A DNA stretch of 64,000 nt from Methanoregula sp. (GCA_039698055.1 JBDKTL010000039.1:1-64000); one strand, 5' to 3'. Shown: positions 52,727 through 63,485, numbered from the stretch's first letter. The notes: generated from the sequence alone by a model not told the origin. A program made the numbers and translations.

Positions 52727-52999
52727 TCATTGGATCTTCAGGTTAGCATTATCAAGATACCGTTTTATAAGTTCCGGATTGTAAATCCAGCAGATTTTTC
52801 CCTCGGGATCTGTTGCGATCTTCCCGGAGTCCTGCAGGTACCCGATGACGACCGAGAACGTCTGGTACATCATTCTCTTGGGCAGGCTCTCCCATAGTGC
52901 CCGTTTTTTGAACTCCCCGCTGTGTTCTTTTATGAATGATTCGACCATCAGAACGGTGTCAAGCTGTGGCGAATGAATCGCTTTTGATTCCGATGTCAT
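52727..52999 (-). CDS. Small winged-helix-like protein (putative antitoxin/regulator)
   Basis: SPQLDTVLMVE...LWESLPKRMMYQTF; TATA-rich promoter directly upstream. Confidence 0.65.
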   Translation of the reverse strand: MTSESKAIHSPQLDTVLMVESFIKEHSGEFKKRALWESLPKRMMYQTFSVVIGYLQDSGKIATDPEGKICWIYNPELIKRYLDNANLKIQ

Positions 53000-53063
53000 G
53001 AAATGATTTTTGGTATATAACTATATATAACTTTGAGTTGGGAAAAGATTGGATTCGGGCACT

Positions 53064-53108
53064 CACCCGTAGCGTCCCGCCCCCCGGCCAGCATGGGCTA
53101 ACCCCGGA
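53064..53108. repeat. GC-rich intergenic repeat copy
   Basis: Near-identical core to the 51526 copy. Confidence 0.65.
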
Positions 53109-53430
53109 TATCTCCACGTCCGGGCTGTTATATCCCGGAATTTTTCATCGTATTCAGGAGAAATTTATTAATTTTGTATTGCCTATGTGTACATCAGTGA
53201 GTAAGGCCTTCCCAAAAAGGATGATACCACCCTGAGGTGGATGGGACGAAGTAGGGAAGGGTTCACTACTCATTTCTGCGGATCTTTGAAATAATTAAAT
53301 GCCCGTCTCACTTTTTCATCGACTACACCGGTAGAGTGGGAGGCTGTGCTTACTTTGATTGATTCTTGTAAAGGTGCTATCCGGAGAGGTTGTGGTGGCC
53401 ATAATGTAAAAGAAATAGCAAGGGGCCGGG

Positions 53431-53762
53431 TCAGAAATGGAAAAGATGATGCATGATAGTATTGCATTCATCAGCAAGGCCCGGGAGAATTTCTCCCGTC
53501 TCACCTTCGATCAGTGTCTTTGATAATGTGGCAATTTTGTCGAATTTTATGACCGATGAAATTTTCAGGCCGGTTGACCGGAATGACGGATGATCCGTCA
53601 TTATGAGCAGATCGGATTTTTGGAGTGATGAGGGGATCTTTGATGAAATAAATGCCACAATAACATCCTGTTCTCCCTCATGGATAACGAGTGCCGGCCG
53701 GAGCTTTGAACCTTAAAAGATCGGTAATGAGGGAAATGAACGAGAACAATTTTTGCTTTCAT
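53431..53762 (-). pseudogene. PemK/MazF family toxin, frameshifted near the 5' end
   Basis: MKAKIVLVHFP, then a frame change, then KLRPALVIHE...VIVAFISSK...TGLKISSVIKFDKIATL. Confidence 0.78.
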
Positions 53763-53929
53763 TTGTACCGCACTTTCAGGTCCGATACAGAGTAAAGGTC
53801 TGGTTCATTTTCAAGAAATTCAGAAAGGGAGTAGGCATTCCTGCCTTGCTTATCGGTCTTTTTTTGCCGGGCGGTGTTCTTTTTTGCCGGATGATCCGTT
53901 GGTGCCCGTGAAGCTGCCTGCGCTGTCAT
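53759..53929 (-). CDS. Small putative antitoxin (56 aa)
   Basis: Ends LSEFLENEPDLYSVSDLKVRYK; ATGA overlap with the PemK-like gene. Confidence 0.6.
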   Translation of the reverse strand: MTAQAASRAPTDHPAKKNTARQKKTDKQGRNAYSLSEFLENEPDLYSVSDLKVRYK

Positions 53930-54203
53930 TATGGGTAGTTGTCCGTCTCATGGGATTAGTTTTGCGATACCGGGGTTGGGGTGCCTGTACGGCAGCCGGG
54001 CTGTAACGAACGTGGAGCCATGGTAACCTATTATTTTAAAATGGCGGGTAGGTGCCGGATGCGAGAGGCGGGATCCGGGGGGTTGTGCCGGGGAAGCGGG
54101 GGTAGTGAAGCATATGTAATAATTTGGATCATTTGGGATCAAAAACAGTATAACTAATATTTAGTAAAAAATGAATATACATTCGATGATAATATTGAAA
54201 TTT

Positions 54204-57200
54204 TCAAAGATAATCTTGATAATTTTTGATAATTTTCATGGGCTGAACGGTCTTTGTGATTTTCACTTTCTTCACAATAAGTGGTGAAAATGTCTCTGCC
54301 TCTATGAGGATATTATTAATTTCTTTCTTAAGTCCCGATCTAATGCTAAAAAACATAGGATTTTCTTCGGGGGAACTCTGGAATATTTTTCTTCTAAAAT
54401 CCTGAAGACAGAGGGAGGCCGCATAAACTTTCTCCGGATCCACTTTATTAAGATCAGAGAGCATAAGAAATTCTTGTAATGCTATGAAAATTTTGCGGAG
54501 ATCTTCCAACCTAAATGGATGTTCGGTTCGATATAATCTATATTGACCGGAATTCAAAGAAATTTCGTCGTAATTTGTAAACCATCCGATTACGGTTCCA
54601 AGTTCCTTTGCTGTAATATCGGACTCAATCAACTTCAATGAAACAATTACGTCTGCATTTTTTTGGTTTTTTGGGTCTTTAATTGCACATTCTTGGATTG
54701 CCTTCTCAATAAGTCGAATCCAGTGAATGGAGTCATTAAATAGACTTTCATATCCATCCCATGCGTATGGGCGTTTTTGAAATTTCATTCGCTTTCCATA
54801 CTGCATCATAAATTTGAAAAAAATTCCTCTGAATGAAAGAAAAAGCCCGGATTTGCCAAGGATAATGTCCGTGTTAATTAATTTTTTTCCAATTTCTGCA
54901 TCTGAATTCTTAAAATCAATATGAATATCCTCTGGCAGTTCGCCTTTTTGCACCATTACGGATTTTCCAAATGGAATGAAAATGGCCAGATCTGCTCTGT
55001 TAATGCAAAGAACAACCTCATCACCAGCTTCAATAATTGAAAGGGGTTGATATTCAGAGGGTTCATGTGATTCGGTATCATTGTGCTTCCAGTCAGAAAA
55101 ATGAACAATCTCATCGTCTTCATCTAGATACAGCTCATTGATACGGGTTGGGGGCGGCAATTCGAGTTTTCCAAGAGATTCTCGTAAAAATGATGGCCCA
55201 TCCCAATTCTCCCTTGGAGATACAACCGGAAATGAAAATCTTTCAAGCAGACGATGGTCAATAATTTCTTTGATTCCTTCGATTCCATCATTATCACTGA
55301 GAAAAATAAATTCCTTGATTCGTGAATTACGCAGGTTATACTTCAACGAGGGATACTGAGATGATATAACGAACAATGGAGTATCTGCATCCACCATTGT
55401 TTCAGTTTCATGCAAATTATTCCAACCGGATACAAAAATTCTAGTTTTCAGGTCTTGTGGGAGAGTTTTATCTTCTGCAATGATTTTTTCCAGACCTTTT
55501 ATGTCTCGAAAATTCACAACAAAAATTACATTATTAGATGAATTTCGTTTGCAAAGTTCTCTGGCGTTTCTGATAAATTCATCCCTTAATGGATTTTTAT
55601 TCTGGTTTGTATCCGGAAGATATTGATCATAAAATGTTTTATGAAATAAATCTGGAACGTCTTTTGATATTCTTCCGTCATCTGCATACTCTGCAAGATC
55701 GTTATGGATTGAATGGTAGGTAATGCTTATACCTGTAAATCCTCTTTTCGCTGAAAGAAATTTCGGATCGGAGTAGTCCCCAATAATATGTAGTGGCGAT
55801 GAAACTACGCGCCTTAAATAAAATCGAATGTCTCGTGAAAATTTTTTTTCAATTGAATCAAGCAGAGATATTATCGTTTGTGAAAAAGAAGTGAGGTTGT
55901 CGAGTTTAATATATTGAGATACGATTTTTTTGTTTCTTTCATCCAAAAGATCGCTGGTCATTGATGAAATTGGATTATGGAATTTAGACTGGGCATTGTC
56001 AGGAGATAACTGTGTCAGAACCTGAGATGAATCGAGAGTTTGCACAACGACTGAAACGGGAGAAAATACATTTGTTTCAGATTCAAGTCTGTAAAATTGA
56101 CGTTTTTCCGGATTTGTTGAGAAAAGAAAAACTATTCCTGGGGGGTGTGCAAGATATTCTATAAGTGATTTACTGGCCGGACCGCAATATCGAATATCAC
56201 TGATAATATCATCAGCATTTTCGATAATTAGCAGGTTTGGAGAAATTTTTTGGATTATTGATAATATCTTATCTAAATCAATCTTGGATGAGATCAGATG
56301 TACTTTTGCATCAGGGTCTACAGTTTGAGGGTCATCGAAATAACAAACGGAGCAAAGGATGTCTTGGCACGATGTTATTTTCTCAAAATTTTGAAGAATT
56401 TCTGCTAGCCAGAGAATATTATAATTCAATTTTCCGGACCACTGATTCTGTTCAGTTAATGTGACATCCCAAAGACCATGATCAGGATCAACAATCTTGT
56501 TCTTCACATCCAATTCATTGTATCCTTTTGATTCCTGCCTATTGATCTTTTTATGAGTGATAGTTCTTAAGTAACTTTTTCCAAAATTTTCAATTGATGC
56601 ATCCTTTTTTACATCATTTGAGCATTTTGATAATGAGTGTGGACAGAGGAACGTTTCTATATTCCCTGAACCGTACCTTCTATATTTCACAGATACAACT
56701 TTTTTTTGTTCAAAAAGGATAGAATGATTTTTTTTAAGTGTTATCATTTCTTTCTTTAGTCCATCTGAAGGAGGGACAAGATTATCAATAAAAACGGTTT
56801 TATTAAGAATTTCAATAAGTGTCGGAGTACTAATTGTTTTTTTTGGTTCAGATGATGCCTCGTAATCACCGATTACGACAACCTTTTCATTTTTGTTAGA
56901 GATGCAATATTCTGTTAATAAGACCGGAAGAAAACGTACATCTGGCCATGGCCAGGTAATGAGAAAAATACCTTCGGGTTTTTGTATTGCCCAATCCACA
57001 TAATTTTTTTCAATTTCATTGATTACTACATTCCAAAATAATGGAAGACCATTTAGGTTCGAAAAGATTGAGGATTTCCCCTTCCGTTTCATATATTCCT
57101 TGAGTTGATCAAAAAGACTGGAGAAATTCACATACGGATGAAATTCTGTTTTGCATGCTGAACATATCAAATTTGTATCATCAGTCAAGGAGAGATAAGA

Positions 57201-57275
57201 AATATTAGTACCCGAACTTTTAAACGGTTCATGACATTGAGGACAGGTAAGACAGAAATGATAATATTCTCTCAT
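54204..57275 (-). CDS. Large DISARM-associated protein (possibly DrmE-like) with an N-terminal Zn ribbon and degenerate helicase-like motifs
   Basis: 1023 aa; CPQC...CSAC; LLIIENAD (Walker-B-like) and FLFSTN; ATGA overlap with drmC. Confidence 0.65.
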   Translation of the reverse strand: MREYYHFCLTCPQCHEPFKSSGTNISYLSLTDDTNLICSACKTEFHPYVNFSSLFDQLKEYMKRKGKSSIFSNLNGLPLFWNVVINEIEKNYVDWAIQKPEGIFLITWPWPDVRFLPVLLTEYCISNKNEKVVVIGDYEASSEPKKTISTPTLIEILNKTVFIDNLVPPSDGLKKEMITLKKNHSILFEQKKVVSVKYRRYGSGNIETFLCPHSLSKCSNDVKKDASIENFGKSYLRTITHKKINRQESKGYNELDVKNKIVDPDHGLWDVTLTEQNQWSGKLNYNILWLAEILQNFEKITSCQDILCSVCYFDDPQTVDPDAKVHLISSKIDLDKILSIIQKISPNLLIIENADDIISDIRYCGPASKSLIEYLAHPPGIVFLFSTNPEKRQFYRLESETNVFSPVSVVVQTLDSSQVLTQLSPDNAQSKFHNPISSMTSDLLDERNKKIVSQYIKLDNLTSFSQTIISLLDSIEKKFSRDIRFYLRRVVSSPLHIIGDYSDPKFLSAKRGFTGISITYHSIHNDLAEYADDGRISKDVPDLFHKTFYDQYLPDTNQNKNPLRDEFIRNARELCKRNSSNNVIFVVNFRDIKGLEKIIAEDKTLPQDLKTRIFVSGWNNLHETETMVDADTPLFVISSQYPSLKYNLRNSRIKEFIFLSDNDGIEGIKEIIDHRLLERFSFPVVSPRENWDGPSFLRESLGKLELPPPTRINELYLDEDDEIVHFSDWKHNDTESHEPSEYQPLSIIEAGDEVVLCINRADLAIFIPFGKSVMVQKGELPEDIHIDFKNSDAEIGKKLINTDIILGKSGLFLSFRGIFFKFMMQYGKRMKFQKRPYAWDGYESLFNDSIHWIRLIEKAIQECAIKDPKNQKNADVIVSLKLIESDITAKELGTVIGWFTNYDEISLNSGQYRLYRTEHPFRLEDLRKIFIALQEFLMLSDLNKVDPEKVYAASLCLQDFRRKIFQSSPEENPMFFSIRSGLKKEINNILIEAETFSPLIVKKVKITKTVQPMKIIKNYQDYL

Positions 57276-57784
57276 TCGTCCCCCATTTTCTGGATGAGAG
57301 CAATAATTTGTCCTGATATCGTCGGATCTTCAATTAAAAATCCCATCTCATAGTTGCTCACCATTGCGGGTTGTGTTAAGTTTGCGGAACCTGCGAGAAC
57401 CTTCTTACCATCAGCCACAAGGATTTTCGCATGTAATACTCTGTTTTTGATAATGCAGATATTGAGATATGGATAATCCTTTTGTAATTTGAAGATATTT
57501 CTCACTGCGGCTGTTTTCGTGATTTTTCTCTCATCATCATAAAGATAAATTGTTACTGCTACACCCCGGGATAGAGCTCCCCTTACATCATTCACTATCT
57601 CATTAGAAGTAAGCAGATAAGCGGTCATGACAAGTTCTGTTTTTGCAGTTGAGATTAATTCACCTATGACAGAATGAAACGATCTTACACCATAACCGAT
57701 CCATACATCTCCCGTAGCAACCGGGGTAACATTTACAAACAATTTTAATCCCCCGTTTTCAATAAAAGATGCCGATCGAGCCAA
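57272..57784 (-). CDS. drmC: DISARM phospholipase D-family nuclease DrmC
   Basis: HKD motif LHAKILVADG, GSANLT and NYEMG; lies downstream of drmB. Confidence 0.85.
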   Translation of the reverse strand: MARSASFIENGGLKLFVNVTPVATGDVWIGYGVRSFHSVIGELISTAKTELVMTAYLLTSNEIVNDVRGALSRGVAVTIYLYDDERKITKTAAVRNIFKLQKDYPYLNICIIKNRVLHAKILVADGKKVLAGSANLTQPAMVSNYEMGFLIEDPTISGQIIALIQKMGDE

Positions 57785-59559
57785 AGATTTCGGTGTTCAC
57801 ACGAGGTTTCAGAAATTAATAAACAGCTGTAACAAGCTGCTCCATTGAGATTTTCTGCGGATTTTTTCAGGTCATAACATAATGGATCATTCGAACAAAT
57901 TTTAATAATCTCTTCCGCTGTTTTTACGACCGGGGCAAATGTTTTTGCAATTCCCGTAAGGCCACCCATACCCCCATCCTGACCAGGAGTTGTATTATAG
58001 ATCAGAATTCCGCCGGTTTTCTTATCTCGTGAGAGATAGATGCGTTCGCGTAAAGAAGCAGCTGAATACCCTGTATACTCAGAAACCGCCCGTATCAGTG
58101 CATGTGAGAGCGTATGCAGCCACACAAATTCTGGTAATGTACAGATATCTGCCCAATCGGTTTTATCCTGAATTTTTGTTTTGTCGTGATCCTTCCAGTT
58201 TTTATAAGCAGTTTCATCCAAAATTTTTGGAAACTGACCCTCACCGAATGTAATGAAAAGACCCTCGCCGAATCCTTCGAAACCGGGATACCAGAAATCC
58301 TGCTCTAAATGAACCGCTGTGGATACCTTTTTTGTATCATTTTTATCAGCATGCGCAACCATCCTCCTGTATCCGGTTTGAACCGTGATTGTTCGGATTT
58401 TTCTTATTGGATAAACATGGAGAGATGGGATAATAGATTCCGGCAGTGTTAGTACCGTTTCAAAGTTATCCATTACAAAATTATCAGTGGGCCTTCCTGC
58501 ACCAGATAACAGCGATTCATACTCTTCGTAGATAAGATCAAGAAATGATCGCTCATCAGAGTTTAACTGCTTAAACAGGTTAAGGAAGTTACCAATTCCA
58601 GCGACATGAATTTCGGATACGATAATATCCAAAGATTCTTTGGACACACCGTTCTTAGTGAGGCCGGTTATAATCCATTTGATGAATTTTTCTTTGTCAT
58701 TTTCTTCGAATTCGATAGGAGCATCTAATATCATATTTAAGCCAGATGAGACACGGCTTTGTTGAAGAATTCTTGAAATTGTGTTATCATATTTTGGAAT
58801 GGTCAGGAGAGTTACAGTTTCTGACATGCGAAGAGATGTAGATTGTCGCTGAGTTATACGCATATCTTTACTACAATTTCCGGGGCGAAGTGGTGTAGTG
58901 TAGTAAGGAGAATTATTGCTTAAAGGACGTTCTTTTTCAGGAATTCTTCCGGAACATCTAAACTTTAATTTGTAAATTTCCTGCATATTCGTTTTGGCGC
59001 CACAATCCGGGCAAGTGATTTCAATATTTGCAAGTGAACTTCCGGAAGCATTCCACAAATAATAACGTTGATTACAAGTTCTTTTTTTATGAACTGCGTA
59101 ATGCCAATCAACATCATCAAGATGGCCATCAGGACATGCTGCTACAAACCTGACAGCGCCTGAATCAACACCCGATTTACAGACTGGACATTCAGGACCA
59201 TTGTAAAGAACCGGATCATGTTTTCGTCCCTCAAGTCTGCCATAACAAATTCTCCACGTGGGGAAGATTTGTGTGGAATACACCCTGTAATTTTGTTGTC
59301 TGTCCAGACCCGCATTAGAGGGCAGAGAGAGAATTCTGCACCGGTTTTCGACTTGGGAATTTTTCTGAATATATTTACAGAGGCGAACATCAAGTACCTC
59401 AAACCTTTCAAATGTGGACGGGTTGTAAAATTCACCTAGACCATTACTCATTTTTGGAATCAGCCGTGGGCCGTTTTTTGATTCAATAATTGAACCTGGA
59501 CCGTATGTTAATACAAATTGGGAACGACTTATTGGTTGATATTCCCTTGTCATATTCAC
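57745..59559 (-). CDS. drmB: DISARM DUF1998-domain protein DrmB
   Basis: SQFVLTYGPG, RFVAACPDGHLDD, LHTLSHALI, CSNDPLC and AACYSCLLISETSCE motifs. Confidence 0.92.
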   Translation of the reverse strand: MNMTREYQPISRSQFVLTYGPGSIIESKNGPRLIPKMSNGLGEFYNPSTFERFEVLDVRLCKYIQKNSQVENRCRILSLPSNAGLDRQQNYRVYSTQIFPTWRICYGRLEGRKHDPVLYNGPECPVCKSGVDSGAVRFVAACPDGHLDDVDWHYAVHKKRTCNQRYYLWNASGSSLANIEITCPDCGAKTNMQEIYKLKFRCSGRIPEKERPLSNNSPYYTTPLRPGNCSKDMRITQRQSTSLRMSETVTLLTIPKYDNTISRILQQSRVSSGLNMILDAPIEFEENDKEKFIKWIITGLTKNGVSKESLDIIVSEIHVAGIGNFLNLFKQLNSDERSFLDLIYEEYESLLSGAGRPTDNFVMDNFETVLTLPESIIPSLHVYPIRKIRTITVQTGYRRMVAHADKNDTKKVSTAVHLEQDFWYPGFEGFGEGLFITFGEGQFPKILDETAYKNWKDHDKTKIQDKTDWADICTLPEFVWLHTLSHALIRAVSEYTGYSAASLRERIYLSRDKKTGGILIYNTTPGQDGGMGGLTGIAKTFAPVVKTAEEIIKICSNDPLCYDLKKSAENLNGAACYSCLLISETSCEHRNLWLDRHLLLKTGD

Positions 59560-62500
59560 ACCTCAAAACTCGTTGTCTCTTCAATATCTCTCAGGGATTG
59601 CGGGGCATTTTTAAATACAGTCTTTAAGTTTTCTTTTAATTCATGCGCAGGATCACCAAGAACTACATGATTCATTGCTCGTTGAAAAAGTGTATATTCA
59701 TGGAATTTCAGAGGTATTCCCGGCCCAATTTTCTGGGAACATTTTTCCCACATATCAAATTGTGATTTAAGAAATTCAACAGTATCAGATTGGTTTTTCC
59801 CACGTTTTTCTAAACAAACCCGCAGGAACTCAGCCAAATCCTTTCTTGCATCTTTTGTGTCTATAATATGGCCATTGGAGGATTCCCAATGAATGACAGG
59901 TTCTCTCATGTTCCGGAGAAACGCGACCATCGCCGGGCCGGCAGCGCGATCGAGACACCCTCTGGAGAAAGGAGCAACAGATGCTGGTTCAACAGAGAGG
60001 TTTATCCGGTTATGATATCCCATGAATATCTCATAATGACTGAGATCACGTGGTCGCCCCGCTTTATAGAAAACGGCTACGAGTGCCCCATGTTCTCTTC
60101 CAACACGGCCTGTTGCCTGAATATACTGGGACGTGGTTTTGGGTTGCCCATTGACAACCATTAGCGACAGGTGGGGAATATCTACACCAGTTCCAAACAT
60201 GGAAGTTGTAAAAATCGCATCCGGATTTTCAGTATGGGGGCGCATTTTTCCTTGTTCAAGATCCTCTAAAATTTGAGGGATATCGGTCGAGTTGATACGA
60301 CTTGACAATTCGATCACTTTTTCAGCATCAAGTGTTCTTGGAGTTGCACCTGAGATATATTTCAATCTCTCAACAATGTCTTCCCGATATAATGCTCTGT
60401 TACCCCCGAGTTCCCGCACTGAATTAAAAAAGCCAACAAGTGTCCAGAAATTGTTGATATTTTCCTCATTTTGTAGATCCAATCCTGTTTTGAGAATTCT
60501 CGACCAGATTCTGATTATCGGAGTGAGGGGGCCCATCCCTGGTGCATACATTCCCAGGTAAATTTTTCCGGGGTAATGTTCATCCCATGCTTTTTCCGGA
60601 TTTGGAAATTTGATAAAGAAACTGTTCTTATACGTCAGTCCATTTGGAGGAAATTGAAAAGTTTTCCGATTAAATAGAAGTTCTACCTGATCTTCTGCTC
60701 GTTTAACCGTTGCTGAAGAAGCAATATATTTTGGTCTGCCTCCGGCATGCCGGATCAATCCATCTACGACTGCTTCATACAGACCATACATACTCCCAAG
60801 CGGACCGTCCATCAGATGAAGTTCGTCCTGTACAATCAAATCCGGAGGCAGAAACGGCTTCACTTCAACAGTGTCTCTTTTTTGGAGGGCTCCTTTTACA
60901 TACTGCGTCGGGAGAAATTCTTCAGCATCTCCACGAAGAAATCCGTAATACCGATTATACCTGCTTACTGTACCAAACATAGAGCCGGCTCTTGGTTCAA
61001 ATGCAAGTCGTGCAATTTTATCTGCAGTGCAGATAATTACTGTCGGACAGTGATGGTAGATTTGTTCATCTGTTGTATATGCCGGAATTGGCATCCATTT
61101 CCTTCCGGAAAATGGCATATGGGGGGACTGAAGAAATAGACCGGCGCATCCAATCTTTTCATCGCTCCCAGAGTAGGGAGTGCCCTCTGCCCAAGACCCG
61201 ATCTTATTTAGATCACAACCGGGATTTGGGCAATAAATTTCAAAGTCTAGGAAACTTTCAGTTCTTCTCCCAGGTTCAGCAGGAACGGGGAAGTACCCCG
61301 GACGTGAAGGGCGGAAGGAAACAGAATTGAAACCAATATTTTTTTCAAGAGTCTGTATTGATTGATCAAATTGAATTTCCTGTATTTTTGTTGAAGAAAT
61401 CAGATCAATCTTCAGGACAAAAAAATGGTCAGGTAGTTCACTTTCAATGAGTTGGATTTCTTTTATAAAATCCGGATACTGATTTTTTTCCAAAGTTAAA
61501 GAAAGTGTTTGTTTATCCTTTTCAGAGCGGATAATGAGATAAAAAATATTATTCCCTTCAGAAAGACCTGCGCGAGGAATCGAAAGCCAAGAGCCACAAA
61601 CGGGACATTTTACGATTTGAGCAGGCTCCCCTTTTTGAGGTGTTGTTATTAGAGCTGATATTGCACCATCATCGCCTCTTAGATGGTTTGGAGAGACGGC
61701 TCCACCCACCCACATCCCAGCGGAAAACCTGATCTCTCCATATATCCAGTCATTATCGATTGGACACTGCTGTGGCCGCCATCCTTTTTTGCCCTTGCAT
61801 TCAACGACCCGAAGATATTCTGCAGCCAAGATCATAAGAAGCGTGCGTCTGAATTGTTGCACGGTTAATAAACGCAGGGTATATCGGGTTATTATCGAAA
61901 CCCCACCTCCGGAATTATTGAATACGGAATCAACGGCCCCTGTTGTGGAGTTCCTGCGCCGTAGAGCAATTGTGAATGCCATAATTGCCAGATATGATTC
62001 TGTTTTCCCTCCTCCGGTTGGAACCCAGAGCAAATCCAGAACGTCGCGGTAATCGGAATTCTTATTGTAAAGTGACTCTACACATGTCAAAAAAAATGCA
62101 AGCTGGAAAGGTCGCCAGGGAAAATCTTCATCGGCTGAATTATGAATGGTTTCTCTCTTTTTCCAAAGGTTCTGTAGCCAGATCACCCGATTCGCAAAAC
62201 AAAATGCAATCCTGGCATCCTCATGTTGTTTTATGCATTCGATCCCTTTTTTTAATCGACTTAATCCGGTTTTCTGGCTTTGAATGATATCAGCACTTAT
62301 CTTACTCTTTTCATAGATTCCACGTTCCAAGGCTGCTTCATTCTCGGCGATCCATTTCTGATATGCTACTGTAAGGGGAGTCAGATAACGATCAATTTCC
62401 TCAAGACTCCACATTTCTGAAAGGTTATGTGCTGAAAAAACTGGTGAGTTGTCTGAACCTGACTCATTCCAACCGAAATCCGGGGACGGTGTGGGATGTA

Positions 62501-63365
62501 AGGGTATGAACTCCGATCGGACATCACAGTGAATAAAATCAGATGCCTCAGTAAAACCTTCACTTTCCGGCCATATCAGAGCCGGATCAAGATGCTCCTG
62601 GAAATCAACGGATTTCCAGACTGCTGAGCACATATGTCCTCTTGCGAGAACAGGTTGATCCTTGTAAAGATATTCAAGTATGGTCTTTTTTTCTGACTCG
62701 GCGGAGATGAGTTTACAATCATGTTTGATATTTACTCTTATTGACGGTTGAAAGATTGATGCACTTGTTATTTCCTCTCCCTTAAAATCAACACATTTCA
62801 AATCATTCACAAGACTGATAATAATATGCCTGGTGTTTCCCTCTAACGAGATAACTCTGGTATTTATCATAATTTTTCCGTCATCTTTTTCGTAGACGGG
62901 GATATTTTCATTAATATTTTTTTGAATTTTAAGGTTAATGATCTTTAGATAAGGAAATCGTTGCCAGTTTACTTGCTTATCGGGAGTTGGATTTTTTTCG
63001 GTATGGATTTCCTTATCATCAATATTTTTTTTATATCGAGCCCAAGAAATGCAAATATCAAATTCAGGAGCGGATCCGTCAATCATAAAGGATACACCAA
63101 AAGATTTTGGCTTCATTTGCGGATCCAATTCACTCGGAACAGAGAATGTAAAGTCTATTCCAGCTTCACCATCTTCACTTCGAGTATCATCATTTTCTGG
63201 TCTGGTTAATTCAGAATCCGGAACAGGTTCTGCAGTTTTACAGCTTTTTGGTATGATTACTCCAGTGACATATTCGGTAAAAGGATTCGAGGAAAGGATC
63301 TCATTTGGGCCATATCGGGGACCACGAATTTCTTTTATTAATTCTGATATGTAAGAATCCCGCAT
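59556..63365 (-). CDS. drmA: DISARM helicase DrmA
   Basis: WRPFQLAF, PTGGGKTESY (Walker A), YTLRLLTVQQF, QDELHL and QATGRVGR motifs. Confidence 0.92.
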   Translation of the reverse strand: MRDSYISELIKEIRGPRYGPNEILSSNPFTEYVTGVIIPKSCKTAEPVPDSELTRPENDDTRSEDGEAGIDFTFSVPSELDPQMKPKSFGVSFMIDGSAPEFDICISWARYKKNIDDKEIHTEKNPTPDKQVNWQRFPYLKIINLKIQKNINENIPVYEKDDGKIMINTRVISLEGNTRHIIISLVNDLKCVDFKGEEITSASIFQPSIRVNIKHDCKLISAESEKKTILEYLYKDQPVLARGHMCSAVWKSVDFQEHLDPALIWPESEGFTEASDFIHCDVRSEFIPLHPTPSPDFGWNESGSDNSPVFSAHNLSEMWSLEEIDRYLTPLTVAYQKWIAENEAALERGIYEKSKISADIIQSQKTGLSRLKKGIECIKQHEDARIAFCFANRVIWLQNLWKKRETIHNSADEDFPWRPFQLAFFLTCVESLYNKNSDYRDVLDLLWVPTGGGKTESYLAIMAFTIALRRRNSTTGAVDSVFNNSGGGVSIITRYTLRLLTVQQFRRTLLMILAAEYLRVVECKGKKGWRPQQCPIDNDWIYGEIRFSAGMWVGGAVSPNHLRGDDGAISALITTPQKGEPAQIVKCPVCGSWLSIPRAGLSEGNNIFYLIIRSEKDKQTLSLTLEKNQYPDFIKEIQLIESELPDHFFVLKIDLISSTKIQEIQFDQSIQTLEKNIGFNSVSFRPSRPGYFPVPAEPGRRTESFLDFEIYCPNPGCDLNKIGSWAEGTPYSGSDEKIGCAGLFLQSPHMPFSGRKWMPIPAYTTDEQIYHHCPTVIICTADKIARLAFEPRAGSMFGTVSRYNRYYGFLRGDAEEFLPTQYVKGALQKRDTVEVKPFLPPDLIVQDELHLMDGPLGSMYGLYEAVVDGLIRHAGGRPKYIASSATVKRAEDQVELLFNRKTFQFPPNGLTYKNSFFIKFPNPEKAWDEHYPGKIYLGMYAPGMGPLTPIIRIWSRILKTGLDLQNEENINNFWTLVGFFNSVRELGGNRALYREDIVERLKYISGATPRTLDAEKVIELSSRINSTDIPQILEDLEQGKMRPHTENPDAIFTTSMFGTGVDIPHLSLMVVNGQPKTTSQYIQATGRVGREHGALVAVFYKAGRPRDLSHYEIFMGYHNRINLSVEPASVAPFSRGCLDRAAGPAMVAFLRNMREPVIHWESSNGHIIDTKDARKDLAEFLRVCLEKRGKNQSDTVEFLKSQFDMWEKCSQKIGPGIPLKFHEYTLFQRAMNHVVLGDPAHELKENLKTVFKNAPQSLRDIEETTSFEV

Positions 63366-63485
63366 TTATTGCACCAGAATAAGACTCTCGTTATCATGAG
63401 ATAAGTATTGTTTATTGCTTACAGGAAGAATTTGCGTCAGACAGTATCCGTCATTTTAATTAATTCGATTATTAAATGATGGTTA

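Noticed and set aside
50053-53108. GC-rich repeats as a CRISPR array
   Set aside because: The copies are degenerate, 0.7-1.5 kb apart and separated by genes, and no cas genes are present.
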